This document shows positions 16,938-24,675 of a stretch of DNA of 32,000 nucleotides, in pieces; the stretch's first letter is position 1; every line of letters begins with the position of its first letter. Where the stretch lies: NCBI RefSeq assembly GCF_000734015.1, contig NZ_CP008796.1, positions 330,001 to 362,000 on the forward strand, read 5' to 3'. The notes beneath the pieces were generated by a model. It did no database searches, was not told the origin of the DNA, and worked only from the letters and a program-made list of their open reading frames with translations. The translations under genes were made by a program, and so were the position numbers. Source of the stretch: Thermodesulfobacterium commune DSM 2178 (GTDB taxonomy: Bacteria; Desulfobacterota; Thermodesulfobacteria; Thermodesulfobacteriales; Thermodesulfobacteriaceae).

Positions 16938-18806
16938 ATGATTTTTCTTGATAGCTTTGATGTGGTAGTCATAGGAGCAGGACATGCAGGAATAGAGGCT
17001 TGTTTAGCCTCTGCAAGAATGGGGTGTAAAACTCTTCTTCTTACCATCAATCTTGAAAGAATAGGGGCTATGAGTTGTAATCCTTCTATAGGGGGCATAG
17101 GTAAAGGTCACTTGGTAAAAGAGATAGACGCTCTTGGTGGGGAGATGGCTTTAGCTATAGACGAGACAGGTATTCAGTTTAGAAAACTTAACACCAAGAA
17201 AGGACCTGCGGTAAGGGCTACCAGAGCTCAGGCCGATAGGTTTAGATATCAAGAGAGGATGAAAAAAAGGTTAGAAAGGGTACCTAACCTTTTTATCAAA
17301 CAGGGATTGGTTACTCAAATTTTGGTAAAAGATAAAAGGGTAATAGGGGTTAGGACTAAAGCAGGAGAAGAGTTTGGGGCTAAAGCTGTGGTAATAGCCC
17401 CAGGAACTTTTTTTCATGGACTTATACATATAGGGCTTGAAAGTTTTCCAGCAGGAAGGCTTGGAGACCCCCCTTCTAACAAACTGGCAGAAAATCTCAA
17501 AGAACTGGGTTTTGAGCTTGGCAGGTTTAAAACCGGAACTTGTCCCAGGCTTGATGCTCGTACTATAGATTATACTAAAATGGAAATCCAATGGGGAGAT
17601 TTCCCCCCACCTCTTTTCTCTTTTAAAAACGTAGGAAAACGACCTCCTCTTCCTCAAGTACCATGTTTTATAACCTATACCACAGAGGAGACCCATAAGA
17701 TTATCAAAGGTGCTTTAGATAGGTCTCCCCTTTTTACAGGAAAAATTAAAGGGAGAGGGGTTAGGTATTGTCCTTCGATAGAAGATAAAGTCTTCCGTTT
17801 CCCAGACAAAGAGAGACATCAAGTTTTTATCGAACCTGAAGGTCTTGATACCGTTGAGGTTTATCCTAACGGGATAAGCACCAGCCTTCCTATAGACGTT
17901 CAATGGAAGATGGTAAGAAGTATTCCTGGTTTGGAAAAGGCTGAGATATTAAGGCCAGGCTATGGTATAGAACACGATTTTGTGTTTCCAACTCAACTTA
18001 AACCCTCTTTAGAAACCAAACTCATCTCAGGATTGTTTTTAGCTGGCCAAATTAACGGAACCACAGGTTATGAAGAAGCTGCAGCTCAAGGACTTATAGC
18101 AGGTATAAATGCAGCTCTTTACGTAAAGGAAGAAGAACCTTTTATTCTGGACCGCTCAGAAGCTTATATCGGAGTCTTGATAGATGATTTAGTAACCAAA
18201 GGGGTAGATGAACCTTATCGAATGTTTACTTCAAGGGCAGAATATAGGTTATTACTAAGGGAAGATAACGCTGACCTTAGGCTTACGGAAAAGGCAAAAA
18301 AGTTAGGTTTAATCGATGAAGAAAGGTGGTTGAGATACCTCGATAAAAAGGAAAAAATAAAAACTTTACAAACACTTCTTCAAGAGATTAGGATCTCTCC
18401 TGATTTAATAAACGGTTACCTTCAAAGTAAAGGAATAACTCCTATCAAACAAACTACCAAGGCTTACGACCTTTTAAGAAGACCAGAAATAGAGGTAGAG
18501 GACCTTGTAGAATTCCTCCCAGAATTAAAAAGGTTTGACCAAGAAGTTCTCTTAGAGGTGGAAACAGAGATAAAATATAGTGGATATATAGAAAGACAAC
18601 TCAAAGAGGTAGAAAAATTTAAACGCCTTGAAAACATAAAACTACCAGAAGACTTAAACTATTACGAAATCCCAGGCCTTACCAACGAGGTTCGTGAAAA
18701 GTTTAGTAAGATAAGGCCTACTTCTTTGGGTCAGGCCCTAAGAATTCCAGGAGCTACCCCTGCAGCTATTTCAGCGATACAAGTATATCTAAAGAAAAAG
18801 TGTTAG
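16938..18806 (+). CDS. mnmG: tRNA uridine 5-carboxymethylaminomethyl modification enzyme MnmG (GidA)
   Basis: [18 protein letters not shown] fold, [60 protein letters not shown], and C-terminal GATPAAISA. 622 aa. Confidence 0.97.
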   Translation: MIFLDSFDVVVIGAGHAGIEACLASARMGCKTLLLTINLERIGAMSCNPSIGGIGKGHLVKEIDALGGEMALAIDETGIQFRKLNTKKGPAVRATRAQADRFRYQERMKKRLERVPNLFIKQGLVTQILVKDKRVIGVRTKAGEEFGAKAVVIAPGTFFHGLIHIGLESFPAGRLGDPPSNKLAENLKELGFELGRFKTGTCPRLDARTIDYTKMEIQWGDFPPPLFSFKNVGKRPPLPQVPCFITYTTEETHKIIKGALDRSPLFTGKIKGRGVRYCPSIEDKVFRFPDKERHQVFIEPEGLDTVEVYPNGISTSLPIDVQWKMVRSIPGLEKAEILRPGYGIEHDFVFPTQLKPSLETKLISGLFLAGQINGTTGYEEAAAQGLIAGINAALYVKEEEPFILDRSEAYIGVLIDDLVTKGVDEPYRMFTSRAEYRLLLREDNADLRLTEKAKKLGLIDEERWLRYLDKKEKIKTLQTLLQEIRISPDLINGYLQSKGITPIKQTTKAYDLLRRPEIEVEDLVEFLPELKRFDQEVLLEVETEIKYSGYIERQLKEVEKFKRLENIKLPEDLNYYEIPGLTNEVREKFSKIRPTSLGQALRIPGATPAAISAIQVYLKKKC

Positions 18807-19879
18807 ACCTTTCTATCCCAAGACCAATCTTAAAGATCATCAAGCGTTTAAAACAAAAGGGATATACTACCTATCTGGTAGGGGGGTGTGTAAGGGATCT
18901 ACTTTTGGGATTAGAGCCTAAGGATTATGATATCGGAACTACCGCCACTCCTCGAGAGGTGGTCTCTCTTTTTCCTAAGAGGGCTTTTATCATAGGAAGA
19001 AGGTTTCCGATAGTTCATGTCTATATAACCAAAGATCAGTACGTCGAAGTTAGTACTTTCAGAGGTAAAGAAGAATATGACGGTAAAGTGAAGGAAAACT
19101 ACGGAACCCCAGAAGAAGATGTGTTAAGAAGAGACTTAACCATAAATGCCCTTTTCTATGATGTTTTTTCAAAAGAGATCATAGATTATGTTGGAGGATT
19201 AGAGGACCTCAAAAAAGGTATAATAAGAGTGATAGGAGACCCTGATCAAAGATTTTTAAACGATCCTGTTCGTATGCTGAGAGCTATAAGACATGCATCA
19301 AGGTTAAAATTTTATATAGAACCATCAACTTGGGAAGCAATTATCAGAAACGCTCATCTTATTAAAAAGGTAGTTTGGGAAAGGTTAAGGGATGAAATTT
19401 TAAAAGACCTTATGGGTTTTTGGGTGCTGGACTGGTTTAGACTTCTACAAAAGTCTGGGTTACTTTATCAGATATATCCTTTTTATCTGAAAATGATCGA
19501 AGAAAAATCTTTAGATGAAAAATTTCTTAGGCTGGTTTTGAACAAACTTTCTCAAGACCAGGGCTTGACTGTGGAAGAACGTATTTGCCTTTTTGCTTAT
19601 GTTTTTTTACCGTTAATAGGTAAGCCGTACGTTCCTTTATCTTTTCAACCGGTGCCTGTGTTCGAAAGAAAGGAATTATTACGTTTGTTTTTTTCTTTGT
19701 TTTTTACGTTTAGGTTTAATCGAAGGTTGTTTGAACGGTCTATGGATTTATTAAGAGATGTTTATAAAGGCCTTTATTTTGCTCAAAAAAAGCAACCTAT
19801 CCCTAAAAAAATACGAAAAAAAACTTATTTTCATCAAATTCTAAAATTAGTAAGTATTTTACAAGATATTTTGAATTAA
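18800..19879 (+). CDS. Class II nucleotidyltransferase, PcnB-like (poly(A) polymerase / tRNA CC- or A-adding enzyme family)
   Basis: GTG start overlaps the mnmG end by 7 nt. Head domain [22 protein letters not shown] (GGxVRD...DxD). [10 protein letters not shown]...VEVSTFRG is PcnB-like. [12 protein letters not shown] motif. The motif D position reads [12 protein letters not shown]. The C-terminal body is short and divergent (359 aa in total). Confidence 0.75.
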   Translation: MLDLSIPRPILKIIKRLKQKGYTTYLVGGCVRDLLLGLEPKDYDIGTTATPREVVSLFPKRAFIIGRRFPIVHVYITKDQYVEVSTFRGKEEYDGKVKENYGTPEEDVLRRDLTINALFYDVFSKEIIDYVGGLEDLKKGIIRVIGDPDQRFLNDPVRMLRAIRHASRLKFYIEPSTWEAIIRNAHLIKKVVWERLRDEILKDLMGFWVLDWFRLLQKSGLLYQIYPFYLKMIEEKSLDEKFLRLVLNKLSQDQGLTVEERICLFAYVFLPLIGKPYVPLSFQPVPVFERKELLRLFFSLFFTFRFNRRLFERSMDLLRDVYKGLYFAQKKQPIPKKIRKKTYFHQILKLVSILQDILN

Positions 19880-19881
19880 CC

Positions 19882-20637
19882 CTATTCTAATTCTTCTCTT
19901 AACCTTGCCTTTTTTTTCTGATATTTTTTCCAGGGTTTTTCTTTCTTCTTTCCACGAGTAAGCTTTCTAAAAGGCAAGTCTTGGTCAGATTGGTAAATGT
20001 GTTCTGTAAAACCAGATTGATTAAAAGGGAGGATAGGGGCAGGTCTTTCAGCAGGTTTTTCTTGAGGTAAGTATTTACGTATGAACTTTTGATCAATAGG
20101 AGGTCCTTTTAAGAAGGTATAGTGAAGGTAAGAGAGTAACAAAACCTTTTCTCCAAACTGGTAAATTTCAAGGTCTTCAAAAAATTTATAAGGTAAAACC
20201 TCTATCAACAGTGCACCCTTAGCTTTAGCCCAATTTTCTGCCAATTCTTTTTCAGTAAACACAGGAAAAAGCCCTTCCCTGGGGCTCCATTTTTCATCTA
20301 AACACAACTTATACCACAACCTTGGCTTGACAAATGTCCAAAGTTTTTTAAAATTATAAACTTGGGTTAAACTTATCTTAAAAGGGGGGGTGAATTTTTT
20401 CTCTTTAGGCTTTACTAAGTTTAAAGGTTCTGAAAATTCAAAAAAATCTCTATAATAATAAGAAAATAGTTGCTTTAATATGTTTAAGTTTAGTTTTTTA
20501 AATTTTTTAGTAAAATTTAGAGCTTGAAAAATTTCTTTTATTTTGAAAAATTCATTATTATCAGGAATAAGACCAAACTCATCGGGATGATAGCTGAGCA
20601 TGTAGATTAAAGTTTTTAATAAAAGTGGATCATGCAT
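19882..20637 (-). CDS. Hypothetical protein, distant Tpt1/KptA (RNA 2'-phosphotransferase)-like fold with a Pro-rich then Lys-rich C-terminal tail
   Basis: The N-terminus LKTLIYMLSYHPDEFGLIPDNNEFFKIKEIFQAL resembles the Tpt1/KptA winged-helix N-domain. ALLIEVLPYKFFEDLEIYQFGEKVLLLSYLHYTFL resembles the KptA C-terminal strand pattern. The tail is RGKKKEKPWKKYQKKKARLREELE. This assignment relies on recalled homologue sequences, not a search. Confidence 0.4.
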   Translation of the reverse strand: MHDPLLLKTLIYMLSYHPDEFGLIPDNNEFFKIKEIFQALNFTKKFKKLNLNILKQLFSYYYRDFFEFSEPLNLVKPKEKKFTPPFKISLTQVYNFKKLWTFVKPRLWYKLCLDEKWSPREGLFPVFTEKELAENWAKAKGALLIEVLPYKFFEDLEIYQFGEKVLLLSYLHYTFLKGPPIDQKFIRKYLPQEKPAERPAPILPFNQSGFTEHIYQSDQDLPFRKLTRGKKKEKPWKKYQKKKARLREELE

Positions 20638-20732
20638 GGTTGAAGATAAAAGTTTAATAATTATTTTTTGTTTATACTTTAAAAATTAAATTTAACAAAA
20701 CAATTTAAAAAGAAAAGGGGTGGTTGAAGTAA

Positions 20733-22076
20733 ATGGCACAAAAGGACCTTAACGAAAAGATTTTAGAGTTAGGGAAAGCAGGGCAGCTTACTTATGAAAT
20801 GTTAAACAAGATTTTACCTGAAGAGTATAACGACCCTGATAAGATTGAAGAGATTTTTGACCTTCTTGAGAGTTATGGGATAGAGTTAAAAGACATGGAT
20901 CCTTACGAAAGAGAAGAGTATATAGAAAAGAAAGTCCATGATAAGATTAGAGAGCTTTCTACTTTTGCCGAAGGAGAATTGACTGAAGAAGAAACTATCT
21001 CAGAGCCAGGTTCAGAGGAGCTATTATCTCTTTATCTTAAAGAGATGGGTAAGTATGACCTTTTAACCCCAGAAAGAGAGGAGGAGTTGTCAAGAGAGAT
21101 AAGAGAGGGGTTTGATAATATATTAAAGATTATAAGAGAAACTCAGATAGACTGTAAAGAGATTTTAGAGGTAAAAGCGGTGGTTCAGGAATGGGAGCGA
21201 AGAGACCCTAATCTTAAACCTAAAAAGACTTACGTTAACTATCTGGAAAAGGTTGTTAAGGAATTAGAAGAACGATATATAAAAAATAAGAAACACAAGG
21301 TAGAGCCTAAAGGTATAAAAGAGTTTTGTACTGAAATAAAGAAGAACATCGCTCGTATAGAAAAGGCTAAAGATGAGATGGTAAAAGCTAATCTTAGGTT
21401 GGTAGTATCTATAGCTAAAAAGTATGTAAGACAGGGGTTGTCTTTGGCTGACCTTATTCAGGAAGGAAACCTTGGTTTGATGAGGGCAGTCTATCGTTTT
21501 GATTATAGAAAAGGTAATAAGTTTAGCACTTATGCTTCTTGGTGGATAAGGCAGTCTATCACTAGAGCTATTCTTGATAAGACAAGAACTATAAGGCTTC
21601 CAGTACATTTTTTAGAGCTGAGAAACTATGTTTTTAAGGTTTTTTATGAGCTTTCTAAAGAGTTAGGAAGGGAGCCCACTCCTGAAGAGCTTTCTCAAAG
21701 AACTGGAGTACCTTATGAAAAAATTTTGGTAATTTTTGAAACCTCAAAAGAACCTGTCTCGTTAGAAACTCCGATTGGAGATGAAGACAGCACCTTAGGG
21801 AATTTTATAGAAAATAAAAAAAGCCCATCTCCTTATGATACAGCCAGAAAAAAGGATATTTCAGAGAAAATAAAAAGGTTTTTAGCCACCCTTTCTCCTA
21901 GAGAAGAAAAAATTATTCGCATGAGGTTTGGTCTTGGAGAATATGAGGGATATACTTTAGAAGAGATAGGGTATATGTTTAAGGTCTCAAGGGAAAGGAT
22001 TAGACAGATAGAGAAAAAAGCCCTTTATAAAATGAGGCAGCTTGCTCAAAAAGAAAAATTTGACATCAGAGATTAA
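20733..22076 (+). CDS. rpoD: RNA polymerase primary sigma factor (sigma-70)
   Basis: Region 2 is DLIQEGNLGLMRAVYRFDYRKGNKFSTYASWWIRQSITRAI. Regions 3 and 4 include TLEEIGYMFKVSRERIRQIEKKAL. Acidic region 1.1. 447 aa. Confidence 0.95.
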   Translation: MAQKDLNEKILELGKAGQLTYEMLNKILPEEYNDPDKIEEIFDLLESYGIELKDMDPYEREEYIEKKVHDKIRELSTFAEGELTEEETISEPGSEELLSLYLKEMGKYDLLTPEREEELSREIREGFDNILKIIRETQIDCKEILEVKAVVQEWERRDPNLKPKKTYVNYLEKVVKELEERYIKNKKHKVEPKGIKEFCTEIKKNIARIEKAKDEMVKANLRLVVSIAKKYVRQGLSLADLIQEGNLGLMRAVYRFDYRKGNKFSTYASWWIRQSITRAILDKTRTIRLPVHFLELRNYVFKVFYELSKELGREPTPEELSQRTGVPYEKILVIFETSKEPVSLETPIGDEDSTLGNFIENKKSPSPYDTARKKDISEKIKRFLATLSPREEKIIRMRFGLGEYEGYTLEEIGYMFKVSRERIRQIEKKALYKMRQLAQKEKFDIRD

Positions 22077-23568
22077 AAAGACTTGGTTGCTTAGGTTTAG
22101 GCGGTTTTGGCTTAAAGGTTTTGAGAGGGATCCCTTTAAAGAACGGTGATAACCCTTGGGTTAGACAAAAATTATAGACTTTTCTTTCTTTTACCCCAGA
22201 AAAATAAAATTCTCGCTTAGCCCTAGTTAGGGCAACGTAAACCAATCTTTTTTCTTCATCTTCGTCTGTGTCCTTAAAAATTGTAAGGGGAATAAGCCCT
22301 TGCTCTGCGCCCACTAAAATAACTACTTCAGCTTCAAGCCCTTTTGAGGCATGTATAGAGAGAAAGTTAATCCCTTCACGGTCTGTATCTATAAAGTCAG
22401 AAGGTTGAGCGCTGATAAGATAGCCTAAAAATTTTTCTTTATCTTGGTTCGAAAGTTCCCAAAGATTTTCTAAATAAGTTTTCACCTTAGAAGGTGCCTT
22501 TTTTATCAGATCGGTTATAGAAAATGCCGAAGATTGAGCCTCGTAAATAAACTCCTGTAGAGTCTCATAAGTAGCTTTAGCTTCATCTTCTACTAAATGA
22601 ATCGGTATCCCAGCCTTGAGAAAGGCTTCTTTTAAGGGTTGAAAGACCTCTTTTAATCTTGCAAGGACAAAGATTTCTTTAGGAGAGATTCCTTCATGTG
22701 TTTGTTGTTCTAACTGTAATCCTCCTAAAAGATCTTTTACTAAATCAGTTAAAATCTCCCTTTCTTGAAAAGGATTTTCAAAAAAAAGCCCCTGAACCTT
22801 TCCTTCTTTTTTTAAACTGGTGTAAGGTATTTGTTCCCAGGGTGAACATTTAAAATGTTCAGCTATTTTGAGGATTTCTTCTGGACATCTAAAACTTTGA
22901 GAAAGGGTCAGGACTTTAAAGTTAGGTCTAAAGTTATGCCAAAAGTCTTTAATTTTTTTTAGATTTACCCCACGAAAACCGTAAATAGATTGATTAGGAT
23001 CACCAAACAACGTAAAGGTTGCATGTTTAAAAAGGGTTAAAAATTCTAAAATATCTTCTGAAAGGTCTTGAAATTCGTCTATAATTATATGATAACCTGA
23101 AAAGTTTAGGTTATGAATAGATGAGACTTCATAAAGTAAAAGTTCAAAGTCTAGAAGTTGGTTTTTTTTAAGATATTCGAAAAAAGTTAGTTTGTTTGCT
23201 GGCTTAGTTAGAGGTTTTGGGGTTTTACCAAAAAGTTTTTTTAAAATTTCTTTTTTTTCTTTTTCTGTAATAAGTTTAGGAGGTTTTTGATGATGTTGAC
23301 ACCATACATCATAGGCATAACCGTGGAAGGTATCAACCTTTATTTTTTCCAAACCTACCTGAATCAATCTTTGCCTTAATTCCTTTAAGGTTTTTACAGA
23401 ATAAGTGAGAACTAAAATTTTTTTAGGTGAAACTTCGTTTTTTTCGATAAGTTGTTTTAGCTTAGCCACAAGGGTATAGGTTTTCCCTGTTCCAGGACCT
23501 GCTATTACGATTGCATCTTGAAGGGTAGCTAAAACTTCCTGTTGTTCTTTGGTGAGCTTAAACTCCAT
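22066..23568 (-). CDS. UvrD/Rep/PcrA-family (SF1A) ATP-dependent DNA helicase, minimal 500-aa form
   Basis: Walker A AGPGTGKTYTL. Motif II IIIDEFQDLS. Motif III GDPNQSIYGFRG. LSQSFRC. C-terminal motifs IHASKGLEAEVV and YVALTRAKRE. The tail is KPKPPKPKQPSLFNL. The last 11 nt overlap the convergent rpoD 3' end. Confidence 0.85.
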   Translation of the reverse strand: MEFKLTKEQQEVLATLQDAIVIAGPGTGKTYTLVAKLKQLIEKNEVSPKKILVLTYSVKTLKELRQRLIQVGLEKIKVDTFHGYAYDVWCQHHQKPPKLITEKEKKEILKKLFGKTPKPLTKPANKLTFFEYLKKNQLLDFELLLYEVSSIHNLNFSGYHIIIDEFQDLSEDILEFLTLFKHATFTLFGDPNQSIYGFRGVNLKKIKDFWHNFRPNFKVLTLSQSFRCPEEILKIAEHFKCSPWEQIPYTSLKKEGKVQGLFFENPFQEREILTDLVKDLLGGLQLEQQTHEGISPKEIFVLARLKEVFQPLKEAFLKAGIPIHLVEDEAKATYETLQEFIYEAQSSAFSITDLIKKAPSKVKTYLENLWELSNQDKEKFLGYLISAQPSDFIDTDREGINFLSIHASKGLEAEVVILVGAEQGLIPLTIFKDTDEDEEKRLVYVALTRAKREFYFSGVKERKVYNFCLTQGLSPFFKGIPLKTFKPKPPKPKQPSLFNL

Positions 23569-23590
23569 AGAGGTTGATTATAAACTGAAA

Positions 23591-24607
23591 TTATAACTTG
23601 TCTACAATAATCCCACCTCCTAATAAGAACTCCTTTTCATAGAAGGCACAAACCTGACCAGGGGTTACCCCAAAAACAACCTCTTCAAAAAGAACTTTTG
23701 TTTTCTTGCCTTCAGTGATTATATCTTTAACCTTCACCCTAGGGGCACGGTATCTTATCTGAGCTTCAGGAGAGGTCCATTTCTCTATCGGAAGGTGTAA
23801 GTTTAGACTCTCAAGTACAAGACCTTTGACTGCAAGGTCTTTTTTTTCTCCTAAAAAAATGGTATTAGTTTGTGGGTCTAAACAGGTTATATAAAGAGGT
23901 TTGCCTAACGGAAGCCTTAAGCCCTTTCTCTGCCCTATGGTATAGAAAAATATCCCTTCATGGGTTCCAACTACTTTCTCTTTATAAACCACAGGCCCCT
24001 TTTTAGGTTGTAAAAACATAGATAAAAACTCTTTAACTGAAGTTCTCTTTAAGAAACATACGTCCTGAGATTCTTGCGAGGTTTCTATCCCAAAAATTTC
24101 TTTAGCCATAATTTTAACTTCTTCTTTTAAATAACCACTTAGAGGAAAGTTTAGAAAAGGTAAGACTTGTTTGTTAATCAAGGACAGGAAGTAAGATTGA
24201 TCCTTTTTAGTATCCTTTGGTTTTTTTAACAAGAGCTCACCTTGGTATTCCCCTAAATCTACGTAATGTCCGGTAGCTAACTTTTCAGCTCCTAAATTTT
24301 TTAACGTCCAGTCAAGGACTTCCCCAAATTTTATTTTTGCGTTACATAGAGCGCATGGATTAGGAGTTTTCCCTTGGGCATAAGTGTTTATAAAATAAGA
24401 GATGATTTGTTCTTGAAATTTTTGGGTAAGGTCTATGATGTGATGGGGTATGTCAAGTGTTTGGGCTATAAACTTAGCTTTTTCTATTTCCTTTTGTTTT
24501 TCAAAAAGCTTAAACGTAATTCCAACTAAAGAAACTCCTTGTTTTTTTAAAAGATAGGCAGAAACAGCACTATCAATTCCTCCGCTTAGACAAATGGCGA
24601 TTTTCAT
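23591..24607 (-). CDS. mnmA: tRNA-specific 2-thiouridylase MnmA
   Basis: PP-loop IAICLSGGIDSAVSA. TPNPCALCNAKIKF, LATGHY, DQSYFL and QDVCFL (second catalytic Cys). 338 aa. Confidence 0.93.
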   Translation of the reverse strand: MKIAICLSGGIDSAVSAYLLKKQGVSLVGITFKLFEKQKEIEKAKFIAQTLDIPHHIIDLTQKFQEQIISYFINTYAQGKTPNPCALCNAKIKFGEVLDWTLKNLGAEKLATGHYVDLGEYQGELLLKKPKDTKKDQSYFLSLINKQVLPFLNFPLSGYLKEEVKIMAKEIFGIETSQESQDVCFLKRTSVKEFLSMFLQPKKGPVVYKEKVVGTHEGIFFYTIGQRKGLRLPLGKPLYITCLDPQTNTIFLGEKKDLAVKGLVLESLNLHLPIEKWTSPEAQIRYRAPRVKVKDIITEGKKTKVLFEEVVFGVTPGQVCAFYEKEFLLGGGIIVDKL

Positions 24608-24675
24608 GTTTTATGGTAAAATAAAGTTTACCAAAGTAATTAAATTTTTTAAATTATAAACAAAAGGAGTGGAAT

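Noticed and set aside
17271-17696. 141-aa antisense ORF inside mnmG, together with the other nested or antisense track ORFs. These are 5539-5781, 6470-6781, 7834-8028, 8748-9044, 8927-9118, 10815-11078, 11856-12077, 14947-15135, 16320-16553, 16913-17098, 17715-17903, 19899-20096, 21264-21608, 24688-24876, 26657-26839, 27697-27969, 29856-30089 and 31168-31362.
   Set aside because: All lie wholly or almost wholly within confidently assigned genes on the opposite strand or in another frame. Their composition is low-complexity and Ser/Phe/Lys/Leu-rich, as expected of shadow frames in AT-rich DNA. They have no SD sequences or recognisable motifs.
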